This document shows positions 17,706 through 26,213 of a DNA stretch of 35,657 nucleotides, one piece after another. The DNA is taken from IMG/VR virus record IMGVR_UViG_2740892433_000005, positions 1 through 35,657 of that record. The stretch is one strand, 5' to 3'. The stretch's first letter is position 1, and every line of letters begins with the position of its first letter. The notes below the pieces were generated by a model, which had not been told where the DNA came from, made no database searches, and worked only from the letters and a program-made list of their open reading frames with translations. The position numbers were made by a program, and so were the translations under genes. The stretch is from a virus (taxonomy: Duplodnaviria; Heunggongvirae; Uroviricota; Caudoviricetes).

Positions 17706-19182
17706 GCAGACGCCCCCAGATATTTGCCACAAAGAGAATGCGGGCCAGCCGTTCCTGCAGATCGTCCGTGTTCATCTGAGGGTAGAGCTCCGCCAGTTCG
17801 CCCAGCAGCTCAGACGGGTTAACCCCGTTTTCGACCCGCTTAAACAGAGGTGCCAGGACGGGTTCCAGCGTGCCATTTAACACACCTCCGTTCATCAGAA
17901 TGTCCAGCGCGTCGTCAAGCTGCTGCTGAGCCTGAATATCGGCATCAATCGCCTCGGCAAATGACAGCGGCAGCATGTTATTCTGGCGTTCCGACGGTGG
18001 TGTCTCGTCAATATCGCCGTCCTGCAGCTGGTACTCACGCTTAAAGTATTGCGGGGTCAGACGCAGACCCGCCCGGGTGAGTTTTTCGTCGCGGGTGGCG
18101 CGGGTGTCATCAATGGTCTCCTGTTCCCACATGGCCCAGACCGGACACGGCACATCGCCGAAGTTCAGGGTGACCACCGTTCTGATAACCTGATTCACTG
18201 CTGCCTGAATGATGTCCGCATCCGCATCGCGGATATCAGCCGTTACCTCCAGCCCGGCCTGTGCAGAGGCCTTGTTACTGTTCGCTTCCGTGGTCTGATT
18301 CTGACCAAGTAATGCAATGGAGATCTCACTGCGTGACAGTGTGATCAGCTCGCGGAATACCTCGCTGCTGTCCGCCTTACCATCCGCGGCTTTGAGTTCG
18401 ATGCTGCTGTCATCGGGGATGGCGGCCACCGCGTCCTCCACCATCTGCTCCATGGAGTCCAGCAGTTTTTCAATCTCTGCATCATTTGCACCCCTCGGGT
18501 GCTTACCGATCACCCACGGGGAGCCAAACTTTTCGGCAAAGCGGAGCCAGAATTTCATCCCGCCTTTCTTGAAGGCGACCGGCCAGAAGCACATGGACAG
18601 GTCAGGGAAACCGTAAGGATTGTCATACGAGGCATCCTGTGCCGGCACCACGAATTTTGACGGTGACAGCAGCTCACCCTCCACACCCGCATCACGCGCC
18701 CGGAAGCGCAGGCAGTTGTCCGTATCAAACTGAAACCACTCAGGCGGTTTGCCGACAATATCCGTCACCGCCCACGCCCTGACCGAACGGCCCCACATGA
18801 TTTCACAGGGCTGATACCCGTAGAGCACGGCATCGCTCATCTCACCGATGATGCGGGACAGATCCAGATCGTCGAGCATGTCGCGGATGAAACGGAAGAC
18901 CCGGGCAGAAGCGTGACCGCGCTCCAGTCCACGCTCCAGCGATTTGAGCGCTGCTTTACGTCTGCGGATACAGCCTCCGACCAGCGGGTCGGTGCGCAGT
19001 TCGCGGTAGATACGGATATCCCGTCCCTGAGCCTTGAGAATGGGATCAGGATTGGGCAGATACATGCCCAGTCCGTAAAAGTCGATCGCGCGGCTGCGGG
19101 AGGCAATCTGCGCGGTCAGTGATTTCTGAGGCTCAGAAAAAGCAACAAATTCATCGGGTGAAACCCAGATACCCCTCGCCAT
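17686..19182 (-). CDS. portal protein (Mu gp29-like)
   Basis: 498-aa ORF; ATG at 19182 shares a nucleotide with the terminase large subunit stop; size and position typical of Mu-type portal. Confidence 0.7.
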   Translation of the reverse strand: MARGIWVSPDEFVAFSEPQKSLTAQIASRSRAIDFYGLGMYLPNPDPILKAQGRDIRIYRELRTDPLVGGCIRRRKAALKSLERGLERGHASARVFRFIRDMLDDLDLSRIIGEMSDAVLYGYQPCEIMWGRSVRAWAVTDIVGKPPEWFQFDTDNCLRFRARDAGVEGELLSPSKFVVPAQDASYDNPYGFPDLSMCFWPVAFKKGGMKFWLRFAEKFGSPWVIGKHPRGANDAEIEKLLDSMEQMVEDAVAAIPDDSSIELKAADGKADSSEVFRELITLSRSEISIALLGQNQTTEANSNKASAQAGLEVTADIRDADADIIQAAVNQVIRTVVTLNFGDVPCPVWAMWEQETIDDTRATRDEKLTRAGLRLTPQYFKREYQLQDGDIDETPPSERQNNMLPLSFAEAIDADIQAQQQLDDALDILMNGGVLNGTLEPVLAPLFKRVENGVNPSELLGELAELYPQMNTDDLQERLARILFVANIWGRLHERDNG

Positions 19183-20705
19183 CAGAATCCCTCCAGCATA
19201 CGGGCCGCCTGACGACGACGGCGTGAGCTTGCCTTCACCGGCCCTTTGTTAATTTCACGGCTGGCGAAATACGCCAGCGCCAGTGCGATGGCTGAATCCC
19301 CGTGGCGTTTACCACCGTCAGCCTTTGCTTTTGAGCGTTGCTCCGGTACGCGGGGGACACCGTTCACCACCTGAACGGCCCGCAGGTCATCCAGTGTGTC
19401 TTCATCCTTTGGTAAGTCCACCAGGTTACCGTCTTCCAGTGCAGCTTTGACCGGAGGCATATGCTCCCTGTACCAGCCTTCGGTTGGCATCACCTGCTGA
19501 ATCCGGCTGGAGCCGTAGCGCTGCATGGCGTATTCAGCCAGATAGGCACCATTACCACGGGCATCAAACGCTGCACCCAGCAGACCGGGCAGGCCATCCA
19601 TCAGATACCAGGTGATTTGCTCCTGCTGCCTGAACGGCACGTTACGCAACTCCAGTACGAATGGCACGCGTCGTATCAGGTTCTTCTCCTGCAACAACGG
19701 GTAGTCCACCGACAAATCCCCGCTGCGACCAAAGTCACGCCCCAGAAAAGAGCGGGCATCAGTGGGGAGTGCCTCCAGCAAGGGTTTCAGATGCTCATCA
19801 AGCCAGTCCTGCGTCTCGCGGAAGCGAACCTCATCAGACAGCAGTTCATAACCTTCCTTGCAGGTCAGACGCAATACCGGCGTATCAGCGGACATGCGGG
19901 ACTCTATCAGGGCTCGGGACAGCCAGGCACCGCCACCGTTGGCCGGAATACAGTCAAGCTCTTCGGATGCACCGGCACCGTAGAATTTGTACACCGACGC
20001 CATCCAGGCCTGCTCGGATGCCTCCGACCATTCCTTCCCGGTGCGCAGACAAACGCGCCGGAACAGCCCCTCAGATACGGCTTCCCGGAAAGTGATGCGA
20101 TGTACGCTGCCTCCCTGACGTCCGGCACGGATATCCCCGATAAGCGTATTGAACGGATTGTCGTCACCGTCATGGGTGGAGATAACGCGTACCTTTCCCC
20201 CCCAGATAAGCATCGCCAGCGCCGCTTTCAGCAGTTCGTCCAGTTGCTCATGGAACGCCGCTTCATCAATGACAATAACCCCCTGACGACCACGCAGGTT
20301 AGACGGGCGGCTGGAGAGCGCAACCACGCGAAAGCCGGACTCCGGGAACCTGATGGTGTAAGTTTTGATGTGTTTGTCGTCGTCGTCCTCTTCCCAGAAT
20401 CCTTCTTCAATTTCACTGGCTGCGTAGTTGAATACCCGTGCCCACATGGCACAGGCCTGGATATATTCGACGGTCATGTCCTGGTTATAAGCGATGTAAT
20501 ACACATTCATCCCGCCTGCTGGCGCAGAAGAGGCGGCGGTCAGTACGTTATCGGATGCCTCAGCCCATGTAATACCGGTACGACGGCTCTTTTCTATCAC
20601 CTTAAGCGGAGAGGCATCTGCCACCCAGCGCTGCTGGTAGGGCAACAGAACGGGAGGGGCATCATAACCGGAAGTGTCTGGTATTACCGGCGTGAACTGG
20701 CTCAT
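19182..20705 (-). CDS. terminase large subunit (Mu gp28-like)
   Basis: 507-aa ORF; ATGA overlap with the upstream small-subunit-like gene; acidic patch and size typical of Mu-family large terminase. Confidence 0.75.
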   Translation of the reverse strand: MSQFTPVIPDTSGYDAPPVLLPYQQRWVADASPLKVIEKSRRTGITWAEASDNVLTAASSAPAGGMNVYYIAYNQDMTVEYIQACAMWARVFNYAASEIEEGFWEEDDDDKHIKTYTIRFPESGFRVVALSSRPSNLRGRQGVIVIDEAAFHEQLDELLKAALAMLIWGGKVRVISTHDGDDNPFNTLIGDIRAGRQGGSVHRITFREAVSEGLFRRVCLRTGKEWSEASEQAWMASVYKFYGAGASEELDCIPANGGGAWLSRALIESRMSADTPVLRLTCKEGYELLSDEVRFRETQDWLDEHLKPLLEALPTDARSFLGRDFGRSGDLSVDYPLLQEKNLIRRVPFVLELRNVPFRQQEQITWYLMDGLPGLLGAAFDARGNGAYLAEYAMQRYGSSRIQQVMPTEGWYREHMPPVKAALEDGNLVDLPKDEDTLDDLRAVQVVNGVPRVPEQRSKAKADGGKRHGDSAIALALAYFASREINKGPVKASSRRRRQAARMLEGF

Positions 20706-21244
20706 GTGGCAATCCCCAGAATCTCGCGACGAAGTGCCTGTACTGCGTCGCTTGACAATCCGCCCTTACGGGCAATTTTCTCGGCCGCATTCGCTGCAAG
20801 TTCTGCTTTTTCCTTGACCTCACTCTGAAAACGCTTGAGATTGACAGAGGCGCGGGTCAGGGTCGCAATATTGCGGGAAGCGGTGGCCAGCAATTTCGCC
20901 CGATCAGTCGGATCATTCTCGTCACTGACTTGTTGCAGACGCATCAGGATGTCGATCATCTCCGTCTGGATCAACGTCATCAGTCCCGCAGAACGGTCAT
21001 CCGCATCATCCCCCGCTTCACGAGCCATCAGCCTGGCTGCTTCAGTTGCCGCACGAACACGGGCCAGTTGCTGCTCCATTTTGTAGCCGAACCGCTGCAG
21101 GGAGGAGCGGGTTATCACATATCCCCTCTCTTTTAACAAACTTTCAAGTTCAGCATAGCCGGTGAAATTATTCTCCGTCAGCGCCCGCTCCAGCCAGCGG
21201 CGGACATCCGTCGGCAGAGAATCAATGCTGCTGCGACGTCCCAT
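20702..21244 (-). CDS. terminase small subunit-like protein (Mu gp27-like)
   Basis: ORF track 20702..21250; ATG at 21244; N-terminus (..GRRSSIDSLPTDVRRWLERAL..) resembles Mu gp27-type proteins as remembered; sits immediately upstream of the large terminase. Confidence 0.5.
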   Translation of the reverse strand: MGRRSSIDSLPTDVRRWLERALTENNFTGYAELESLLKERGYVITRSSLQRFGYKMEQQLARVRAATEAARLMAREAGDDADDRSAGLMTLIQTEMIDILMRLQQVSDENDPTDRAKLLATASRNIATLTRASVNLKRFQSEVKEKAELAANAAEKIARKGGLSSDAVQALRREILGIAT

Positions 21245-21246
21245 AA

Positions 21247-21558
21247 TCACTCACTCCAGTATTTTTCCGGTCGGGCAATACCCGGGCCGCATTCCACGGT
21301 GTATTCCACAATATCCACACCAAGGCGACTCAGATCGGCAAACCAGTCACCGGACGGTCTCTTCTCCAGCTCCACCATTTTGCGATCTGCCAGATAATCA
21401 AGCTCCCGGCGCAGCTCCAGTTGCGTGGTGTCCGGGTAGATGGCGCGGGACACGTCCAGCAGCAACGTTTCGCTGGCGGTGTAAGGGCGGGTTTTGTTCA
21501 GGGCAACCAGCAGACTCCAGCGCAGGGATTCGCGGCGTACCCGGGTAATATCGACCAT
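21247..21558 (-). CDS. hypothetical protein in lysis/packaging junction (Mu gp26-like by position)
   Basis: 103-aa ORF with GGAGG RBS; start overlaps the stop of the upstream membrane protein gene. Confidence 0.35.
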   Translation of the reverse strand: MVDITRVRRESLRWSLLVALNKTRPYTASETLLLDVSRAIYPDTTQLELRRELDYLADRKMVELEKRPSGDWFADLSRLGVDIVEYTVECGPGIARPEKYWSE

Positions 21559-21884
21559 TATTGACCTCCGGTATTGCGGTACTGCTGTACCACTTCCAGT
21601 TTGTTATAAAGCGCGTCCAGTTTGGCCTCGATGACTGTCTGGCCACGGATATAATCCTCGCGACGGACATAATTCAGCGGTAAATCCGCTTTAAATCGCA
21701 TAAATTCTTTTTCCAGCTCGCCCCAGTTGGATGCGGACTGTTGCAGGGCCTGTTCAAGAGAGGCGAATCGTGCCGCCTGGCGTTCTTCTGTTTTACTGAA
21801 CAACCATTTGGCGAGCCCTCCCACAAACCCCATGAAGGTGAGCAAAAAACTCACCACCGTCCAGAATTCAACCTGCAGTGTCAT
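21558..21884 (-). CDS. membrane protein with N-terminal TM helix and coiled coil (Mu gp25-like by position)
   Basis: 108-aa ORF; hydrophobic N-terminus (FWTVVSFLLTFMGFVGGLAKWLF); ATGA overlap with the i-spanin gene stop. Confidence 0.4.
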   Translation of the reverse strand: MTLQVEFWTVVSFLLTFMGFVGGLAKWLFSKTEERQAARFASLEQALQQSASNWGELEKEFMRFKADLPLNYVRREDYIRGQTVIEAKLDALYNKLEVVQQYRNTGGQ

Positions 21885-22531
21885 TTCTGTAATCCTTCCC
21901 GTTCATCCAGTAGCGCGTTTATCTGGTTCCGCCAGCGACGACATTGCCCTGCGTTGTCGATGATGTTGGCGAGAACGTCACGCTGGGAGACGCCTGAGTC
22001 GCGTAGCCAGGCGTCAGCGGTTTCAGGTTGCCCGGTCGCTGTGCCAGAGCGGGTGCCAGTGGCGGCAACTGAGTCTGAATGACCGCTGTCGACGGATGCG
22101 TTGTCATATCCGAGTGCGGCGTTGTACTGGCGCACGAAACCGCGAGTAAACACGCACTCAATGGGATGGCTCTTACCTTTTTCATCAATCCAGCGCTGTG
22201 TGACATCGTTAATTTGCCCCTGTAGTTGTTTATTCCGGCTCTCCAGTTGAGCAATCTGCTCAAGGTAACTGGCTTCAGCCTGCTGCCCGGCGGCCACCTG
22301 CTCCTGATACCGTTTTGCCCAGGCCCGCAACGCAGCGTTCTCAAGCGTTGCCTGCTCCGTTTTGTATTTGTCGAATGCTGACTGCAACTGACTGAGCGCG
22401 GTATTACCGTCACGCTTTGCAGAGTCATGACCACTGCTGTATCCCATGGCATACAGGCCGACCAGAAAGGCATTGATAAGAATGGCCAGCAGAATGCCGC
22501 GCCACGGCAGCTTTTTAACCAGATGCCACAC
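21881..22531 (-). CDS. i-spanin (Rz-like inner-membrane spanin)
   Basis: N-terminal TM segment (WRGILLAILINAFLVGLYAMGY) then periplasmic coiled coil; directly downstream of the endolysin; contains an embedded +1-frame lipoprotein ORF. Start uncertain: GTG at 22531 taken, upstream ATGs would overlap the endolysin gene by ~100 nt. Confidence 0.55.
   Translation of the reverse strand: MWHLVKKLPWRGILLAILINAFLVGLYAMGYSSGHDSAKRDGNTALSQLQSAFDKYKTEQATLENAALRAWAKRYQEQVAAGQQAEASYLEQIAQLESRNKQLQGQINDVTQRWIDEKGKSHPIECVFTRGFVRQYNAALGYDNASVDSGHSDSVAATGTRSGTATGQPETADAWLRDSGVSQRDVLANIIDNAGQCRRWRNQINALLDEREGLQK
21919..22185 (-). CDS. o-spanin (Rz1-like outer-membrane lipoprotein), embedded in +1 frame of i-spanin
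   Basis: ATG at 22185; predicted product MKKVRAIPLSACLLAVSC.. has a lipoprotein-type signal with Cys, followed by a proline-rich segment; entirely inside the i-spanin gene. Confidence 0.45.
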   Translation of the reverse strand: MKKVRAIPLSACLLAVSCASTTPHSDMTTHPSTAVIQTQLPPLAPALAQRPGNLKPLTPGYATQASPSVTFSPTSSTTQGNVVAGGTR

Positions 22532-23255
22532 AACTGCTGCCTCCCCATGTGAGATATCGCGGTGCCAGCTCGCGCAGGATGCGTTGTGGATAATGGCGGT
22601 TCTCCCGCCAGCTGGCAGCATTGCGTCCGGCATTCACCGTGGCGACATGTCCGAACCAGCGCTGACTGTCCAGCCCCAGATATGCGGCGAGCCGCTGGTC
22701 ACGGCGCACCCAGCCCGGGCCACCGTTATAGCCCGACAGTGTCATGGCCATACGCTCGCAGTCGCTGGCGGCACTGATGCGCTGCCACAGCCAGCGGTCA
22801 TAACTGACCAGCGCCCGGATAGCCCATGCCGGATTAAACGGCTCTCGACTGCTCAGCGCCGGCATCAACTGGCTTATCCAGTCGGCAGTGGCAGGCATAA
22901 ACTGCGCCAGTCCCTGAGCCCCCACCGGCGAGATCGCATCAGGTCGCCAGCCGCTTTCCTGATGCAGTTGCGCAGCGAAATCAGCCACCGGCGCAGACAG
23001 TCCCCATTCAAGCCGGGCATTACGGATCACATCATCGCGATACTGCAGGGCAGCCCGCGGGGGCTGTGCTGCGGATGCCTGACTGAAAAAGCCACCACAC
23101 CAGAGCAACATTGCGACAAAGAATACCCATGCCATATGAACCAGAAAGGTCCCGGCGCGGACTGACAGGCGTTCGGTTCTGATGAAGACCCGAAAGGCTT
23201 CGAAAGCCAGTTTCAGGGACATGCATACAATCCAGGTGATCTGCGGCCAGTTCAT
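22515..23255 (-). CDS. endolysin, lytic transglycosylase (SLT domain) with N-terminal signal-anchor or signal peptide
   Basis: Motif ..LHQESGWRPDAISPVGAQGLAQFMP.. (catalytic Glu-Ser of the SLT family); hydrophobic segment MAWVFFVAMLLWCGGFF; ATG at 23255 is 2 nt after the holin stop, alternative ATG at 23135. Confidence 0.7.
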   Translation of the reverse strand: MNWPQITWIVCMSLKLAFEAFRVFIRTERLSVRAGTFLVHMAWVFFVAMLLWCGGFFSQASAAQPPRAALQYRDDVIRNARLEWGLSAPVADFAAQLHQESGWRPDAISPVGAQGLAQFMPATADWISQLMPALSSREPFNPAWAIRALVSYDRWLWQRISAASDCERMAMTLSGYNGGPGWVRRDQRLAAYLGLDSQRWFGHVATVNAGRNAASWRENRHYPQRILRELAPRYLTWGGSSCVASG

Positions 23256-23257
23256 GA

Positions 23258-23608
23258 TTAAAGCCCCATCGCAACAGCCAGACAGACAGCTGCAACAATC
23301 AGTGCACGACGAAGCAGGGCGGCAGCAAACACCAGATGAAGCCCGGTCTGTACGGGCCAGCGCCCCTCAGCCATGAGGCGCTCGTCATGCTTCAGGTACT
23401 GCCCCGGGCGGGCCTTCGGGAAGAGCGAGCGGTCCAGCCAGTAGCCGAGAACGGCGGCGAGGGAGATGAGAGAGAGCTTGTACACCACCACCGGCAGCTG
23501 CTGGGGCGAGACCAGCGCGATGATGAGGAGCAGCAGTACGGCGGCAACAAGCCAGCCACGCAGGCGGGTTTTTTGTACGTCTGCGATAAGGGAGGTGAGT
23601 TTTTTCAT
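23258..23608 (-). CDS. holin candidate (three predicted TM segments)
   Basis: 116-aa ORF with three hydrophobic stretches, first gene of the leftward late block, directly upstream of the endolysin. Confidence 0.5.
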   Translation of the reverse strand: MKKLTSLIADVQKTRLRGWLVAAVLLLLIIALVSPQQLPVVVYKLSLISLAAVLGYWLDRSLFPKARPGQYLKHDERLMAEGRWPVQTGLHLVFAAALLRRALIVAAVCLAVAMGL

Positions 23609-23613
23609 AAAGA

Positions 23614-23636
23614 TGTCTCCTTGTGTAGTGGAGACA
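23614..23636 (-). promoter_or_regulatory. stem-loop overlapping the holin ribosome-binding site
   Basis: tgtctcc (23614-23620) and ggagaca (23630-23636) are perfect inverse complements with a 9-nt loop; on the minus strand the GGAG 8 nt before the holin ATG lies in the 3' arm. Confidence 0.35.
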
Positions 23637-23740
23637 GCATCACAAATACGGGGCGCGAAGGATTTTAAAGCGCGTTAAGAGAGCCGGGGATACGGGATGC
23701 GCAGAATAAACGATGAATTATTCACAGAGGAGAATACGAT

Positions 23741-24484
23741 ATGACGCACACACTGAATCCGGTCATCACTGTCACTGTGTCCGGTCCTGTGGGCAGCGGT
23801 AAAAGTTACGTACTGGCGCGGATAGAAGAGATGGTGAAACAGGAACTCGGAAACAGCGTCATTGTCGATGCTGCTGACGTGGAGAATGAGCGCCGTATGA
23901 GTGGCGATGATCTGACGACCTGGCAGAAGCCACGGGGTGGCACAGTGATCAGGCTGGAGGAATACACGGGACAGGGCCTGTTGTCATACGGCGAGGAGCG
24001 TATCTGTCGGACGAATGAGCTGCTGGATGTTATATGCCCCGCGGGCCGGCAACCCTGGATACTGCCCGATGCACTGCATGCCACCATTGCGGCACTGATG
24101 ACAGTTTACGATCAGGAACTGCTCATGAAGGAGTTACGTAAACTCACCGGTCAGCCAACAGAATGTTTTTCGGCCCCGAAGTACGGGAAGCAGGAACACA
24201 TCCCGGTGAACACAATCCCCGTTAACCAGCCTCCCCGGTTCTTCGACGAATACATTCTGACACCGGAAAATAAAGCTGAGCATGAAGAGATCAAAGAGGC
24301 GTTGTTCCGGGAAATCAGGAAGATTGCTGAAATGCAACTGGGGGGCGGGCTGGACAGAGTGATGGCGAGAGGAGAATGGGAGTCGCTGTTTGAAAGAGTT
24401 TCCCCGGAATTACTGCCCCTCGCACTGGCTATCGGGATTATGCAGACAGCAGATAAACCTCACTTACGTTCATCAAACACGTAG
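23741..24484 (+). CDS. P-loop (Walker A GPVGSGKS) protein of unknown function
   Basis: 247-aa ORF, GAGGAG 8 nt upstream of ATG; Walker A-type motif at residues 15-22; no further family assignment possible by eye. Confidence 0.45.
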   Translation: MTHTLNPVITVTVSGPVGSGKSYVLARIEEMVKQELGNSVIVDAADVENERRMSGDDLTTWQKPRGGTVIRLEEYTGQGLLSYGEERICRTNELLDVICPAGRQPWILPDALHATIAALMTVYDQELLMKELRKLTGQPTECFSAPKYGKQEHIPVNTIPVNQPPRFFDEYILTPENKAEHEEIKEALFREIRKIAEMQLGGGLDRVMARGEWESLFERVSPELLPLALAIGIMQTADKPHLRSSNT

Positions 24485-24537
24485 CGCAGAATATTTTGCC
24501 GGTGAGTACATAAAAATCATCATTTAAGGAGTGCATC

Positions 24538-24762
24538 ATGAATCCCCGATTAACGTTAACAGAACATCAGCGCCGTGCCGAAGCAGTGAACAATGTTCTG
24601 GAAGATATTATCCGGTTACATCGCGGAGAACTGAGTGTCTGTCGTGCTACTGTTCATTTTCAGGAAATACAAAAGCAGTTCGATACTTCTGTTTTTGCAG
24701 AAGGGATCACTTATGCCCTGGACCAGATAAAGGCAGAAAATCGCTCCCCGGATAATCCCTAA
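24538..24762 (+). CDS. small hypothetical protein
   Basis: 74-aa ORF with strong TAAGGAG RBS 7 nt upstream of ATG, 53 nt downstream of the P-loop gene. Confidence 0.4.
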   Translation: MNPRLTLTEHQRRAEAVNNVLEDIIRLHRGELSVCRATVHFQEIQKQFDTSVFAEGITYALDQIKAENRSPDNP

Positions 24763-24811
24763 ACCACATTAACAGAAATCCCGCCATCCCTGCCGCATCA
24801 TGAAAGAACGA

Positions 24812-24839
24812 CCAGCCCGGAACCCGAAATCCGGGCTGG
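24812..24839 (+). other. 10-bp-stem hairpin in the leader upstream of the methyltransferase gene
   Basis: ccagcccgga / tccgggctgg perfect inverted repeat with 8-nt loop; not followed by a U-tract on the plus strand. Confidence 0.4.
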
Positions 24840-24944
24840 CCATCGTCCCACAGGAATGCACTGTGAGCCGACCGAGGTTCAGTCAGTCTCGCGAGACCAG
24901 ACTAGCCTGCCATATTTTTAGTAATTGTAAAAGGCTTACAGATT

Positions 24945-25709
24945 ATGAAAATGCAGACATTACCCATCGTTCCATGGATTGGTGGCAAACGCCGCCTTGC
25001 AAAACACATTCTGCCGCTGTTTCCGGCGCATGAATGTTATGTGGAGCCGTTTTGTGGGGCAGCAGCGCTCTATTTTCTTAAGACACCCGGCAAGATCGAA
25101 GTCATTAATGATATCAACGGTGAACTGGTGAATCTGTACCGGGTGGTAAAGCATCACCTGGAAGAATTTGTCCGCCAGTTCAAATGGGCGCTGGTCAGCC
25201 GTCAGATCTACAAATGGCTGCAGATCACCCCGGAAGAAACACTGACGGATATCCAGCGTGCGGCACGGTTCTACTACCTTCAGAAGCAGGCGTTTGGCGG
25301 CAAGGTGGCAGAGCACAGCTTCGGTACCTCCACCACATCCCCGCCACGCTTCAACCTGCTGCGTATTGAAGAAGAACTGTCAACAGCACACCTGCGGCTT
25401 TCCAGAACAGTCATAGAACACATGGACTGGCAACAGTGCATTGAGCGTTATGATCGTCCGCACACACTGTTCTACTGCGACCCACCGTACCTGGGTACGG
25501 AAGGCTATGGTGTGGATTTTCCTGAAGGGAACTACTCGCGGCTGGCAGAGCTGGCCCGGTGCATCAGAGGAAAAATGATAATTTCGGTGAACGATATCCC
25601 ACAGATGCGCGAGGTGTTCACTGGACTGAACATACAGACAGTGAACATCAACTACAGTCTGGCGGGGAAACCCACGCCGCGCCGTGAACTGGTAATCTGC
25701 AACTTCTGA
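24945..25709 (+). CDS. DNA N6-adenine methyltransferase, Dam (D12) class
   Basis: Motif I ..VEPFCGAAALYF.. and motif IV ..YCDPPYLGTEGY.. in the order typical of Dam-family enzymes; N-terminal ..PWIGGKRRL.. resembles the Dam N-terminus; 254 aa. Confidence 0.8.
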   Translation: MKMQTLPIVPWIGGKRRLAKHILPLFPAHECYVEPFCGAAALYFLKTPGKIEVINDINGELVNLYRVVKHHLEEFVRQFKWALVSRQIYKWLQITPEETLTDIQRAARFYYLQKQAFGGKVAEHSFGTSTTSPPRFNLLRIEEELSTAHLRLSRTVIEHMDWQQCIERYDRPHTLFYCDPPYLGTEGYGVDFPEGNYSRLAELARCIRGKMIISVNDIPQMREVFTGLNIQTVNINYSLAGKPTPRRELVICNF

Positions 25710-25715
25710 GACAAA

Positions 25716-25740
25716 ACCGGAAAGCACAATGCTTTCCGGT
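25716..25740 (-). terminator. intrinsic terminator-like hairpin between methyltransferase and repressor genes
   Basis: accggaaagca / tgctttccggt 11-bp perfect stem with a short loop; on the minus strand followed by UUUGUCUC; lies ~85 nt downstream of the repressor stop and 7 nt after the methyltransferase stop. Confidence 0.5.
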
Positions 25741-25825
25741 AAACCAGACGATTTCTGCCATGCTACTGACGGCGCTTTCTGAAAGCGTCCAGATCAACCA
25801 CCTGTCCTTTGTGTCCGGGTCAGTA

Positions 25826-26179
25826 TCAGCCTGCGATTTTTCCTGGTTTTGGCTGAGTATAGAATCGCCCAATCTCAAGAAATGAGCGTTGTTGGTCTGG
25901 TGTCATGTTGTCAAAAGTATCTATTAATTTTTGTTTTTCGGGGGATATCCGGTTCTGAATTTCCACCTCACCATCTGTGCTCATACCCGTAAGAATGAAG
26001 GCAACATCTACTCCTGCGGCTCCTAAAACTACCAGTTTATCTAGCGGGATATTTCCTTTTTCCATCCAGTTATAAATCGTCGCCCGCGAGATACCAGTGG
26101 ACTTAGATACCGCCAAAGGACCAACACGTTTTAATTCTGAAATGAGACGCGCATGTATTTTTTCTAAATTAATGGACAT
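25826..26179 (-). CDS. prophage repressor (XRE-family HTH)
   Basis: ORF track 25826..26401; chosen start is the in-frame ATG at 26179 (MSINLEKIH..) because the longer form would read through the operator region and the Ner-like gene start; HTH ..VSKSTGISRATIYNWMEKG.. and ..VDVAFILTG.. helix typical of XRE/CI-type repressors; divergent from the early operon; visibly AT-rich. Confidence 0.65.
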   Translation of the reverse strand: MSINLEKIHARLISELKRVGPLAVSKSTGISRATIYNWMEKGNIPLDKLVVLGAAGVDVAFILTGMSTDGEVEIQNRISPEKQKLIDTFDNMTPDQQRSFLEIGRFYTQPKPGKIAG

Positions 26180-26184
26180 AAAAC

Positions 26185-26213
26185 TTGCTCTGTCTAAATT
26201 TTTAGACAATAAT
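26185..26213 (+). promoter_or_regulatory. candidate early promoter with operator palindrome in the spacer
   Basis: TTGCTC (26185-26190), 17-nt spacer, AATAAT (26208-26213); the spacer contains the perfect 16-bp palindrome GTCTAAATTTTTAGAC (26192-26207); a related half-site tctaaatt occurs at 26164-26171. Confidence 0.45.

Noticed and set aside
19461-20828. 455-aa plus-strand ORF
   Set aside because: Lies antisense across the terminase large subunit and small subunit genes; low-complexity, Arg/Gly/Pro-rich translation typical of antisense reading of GC-rich coding DNA; no RBS.
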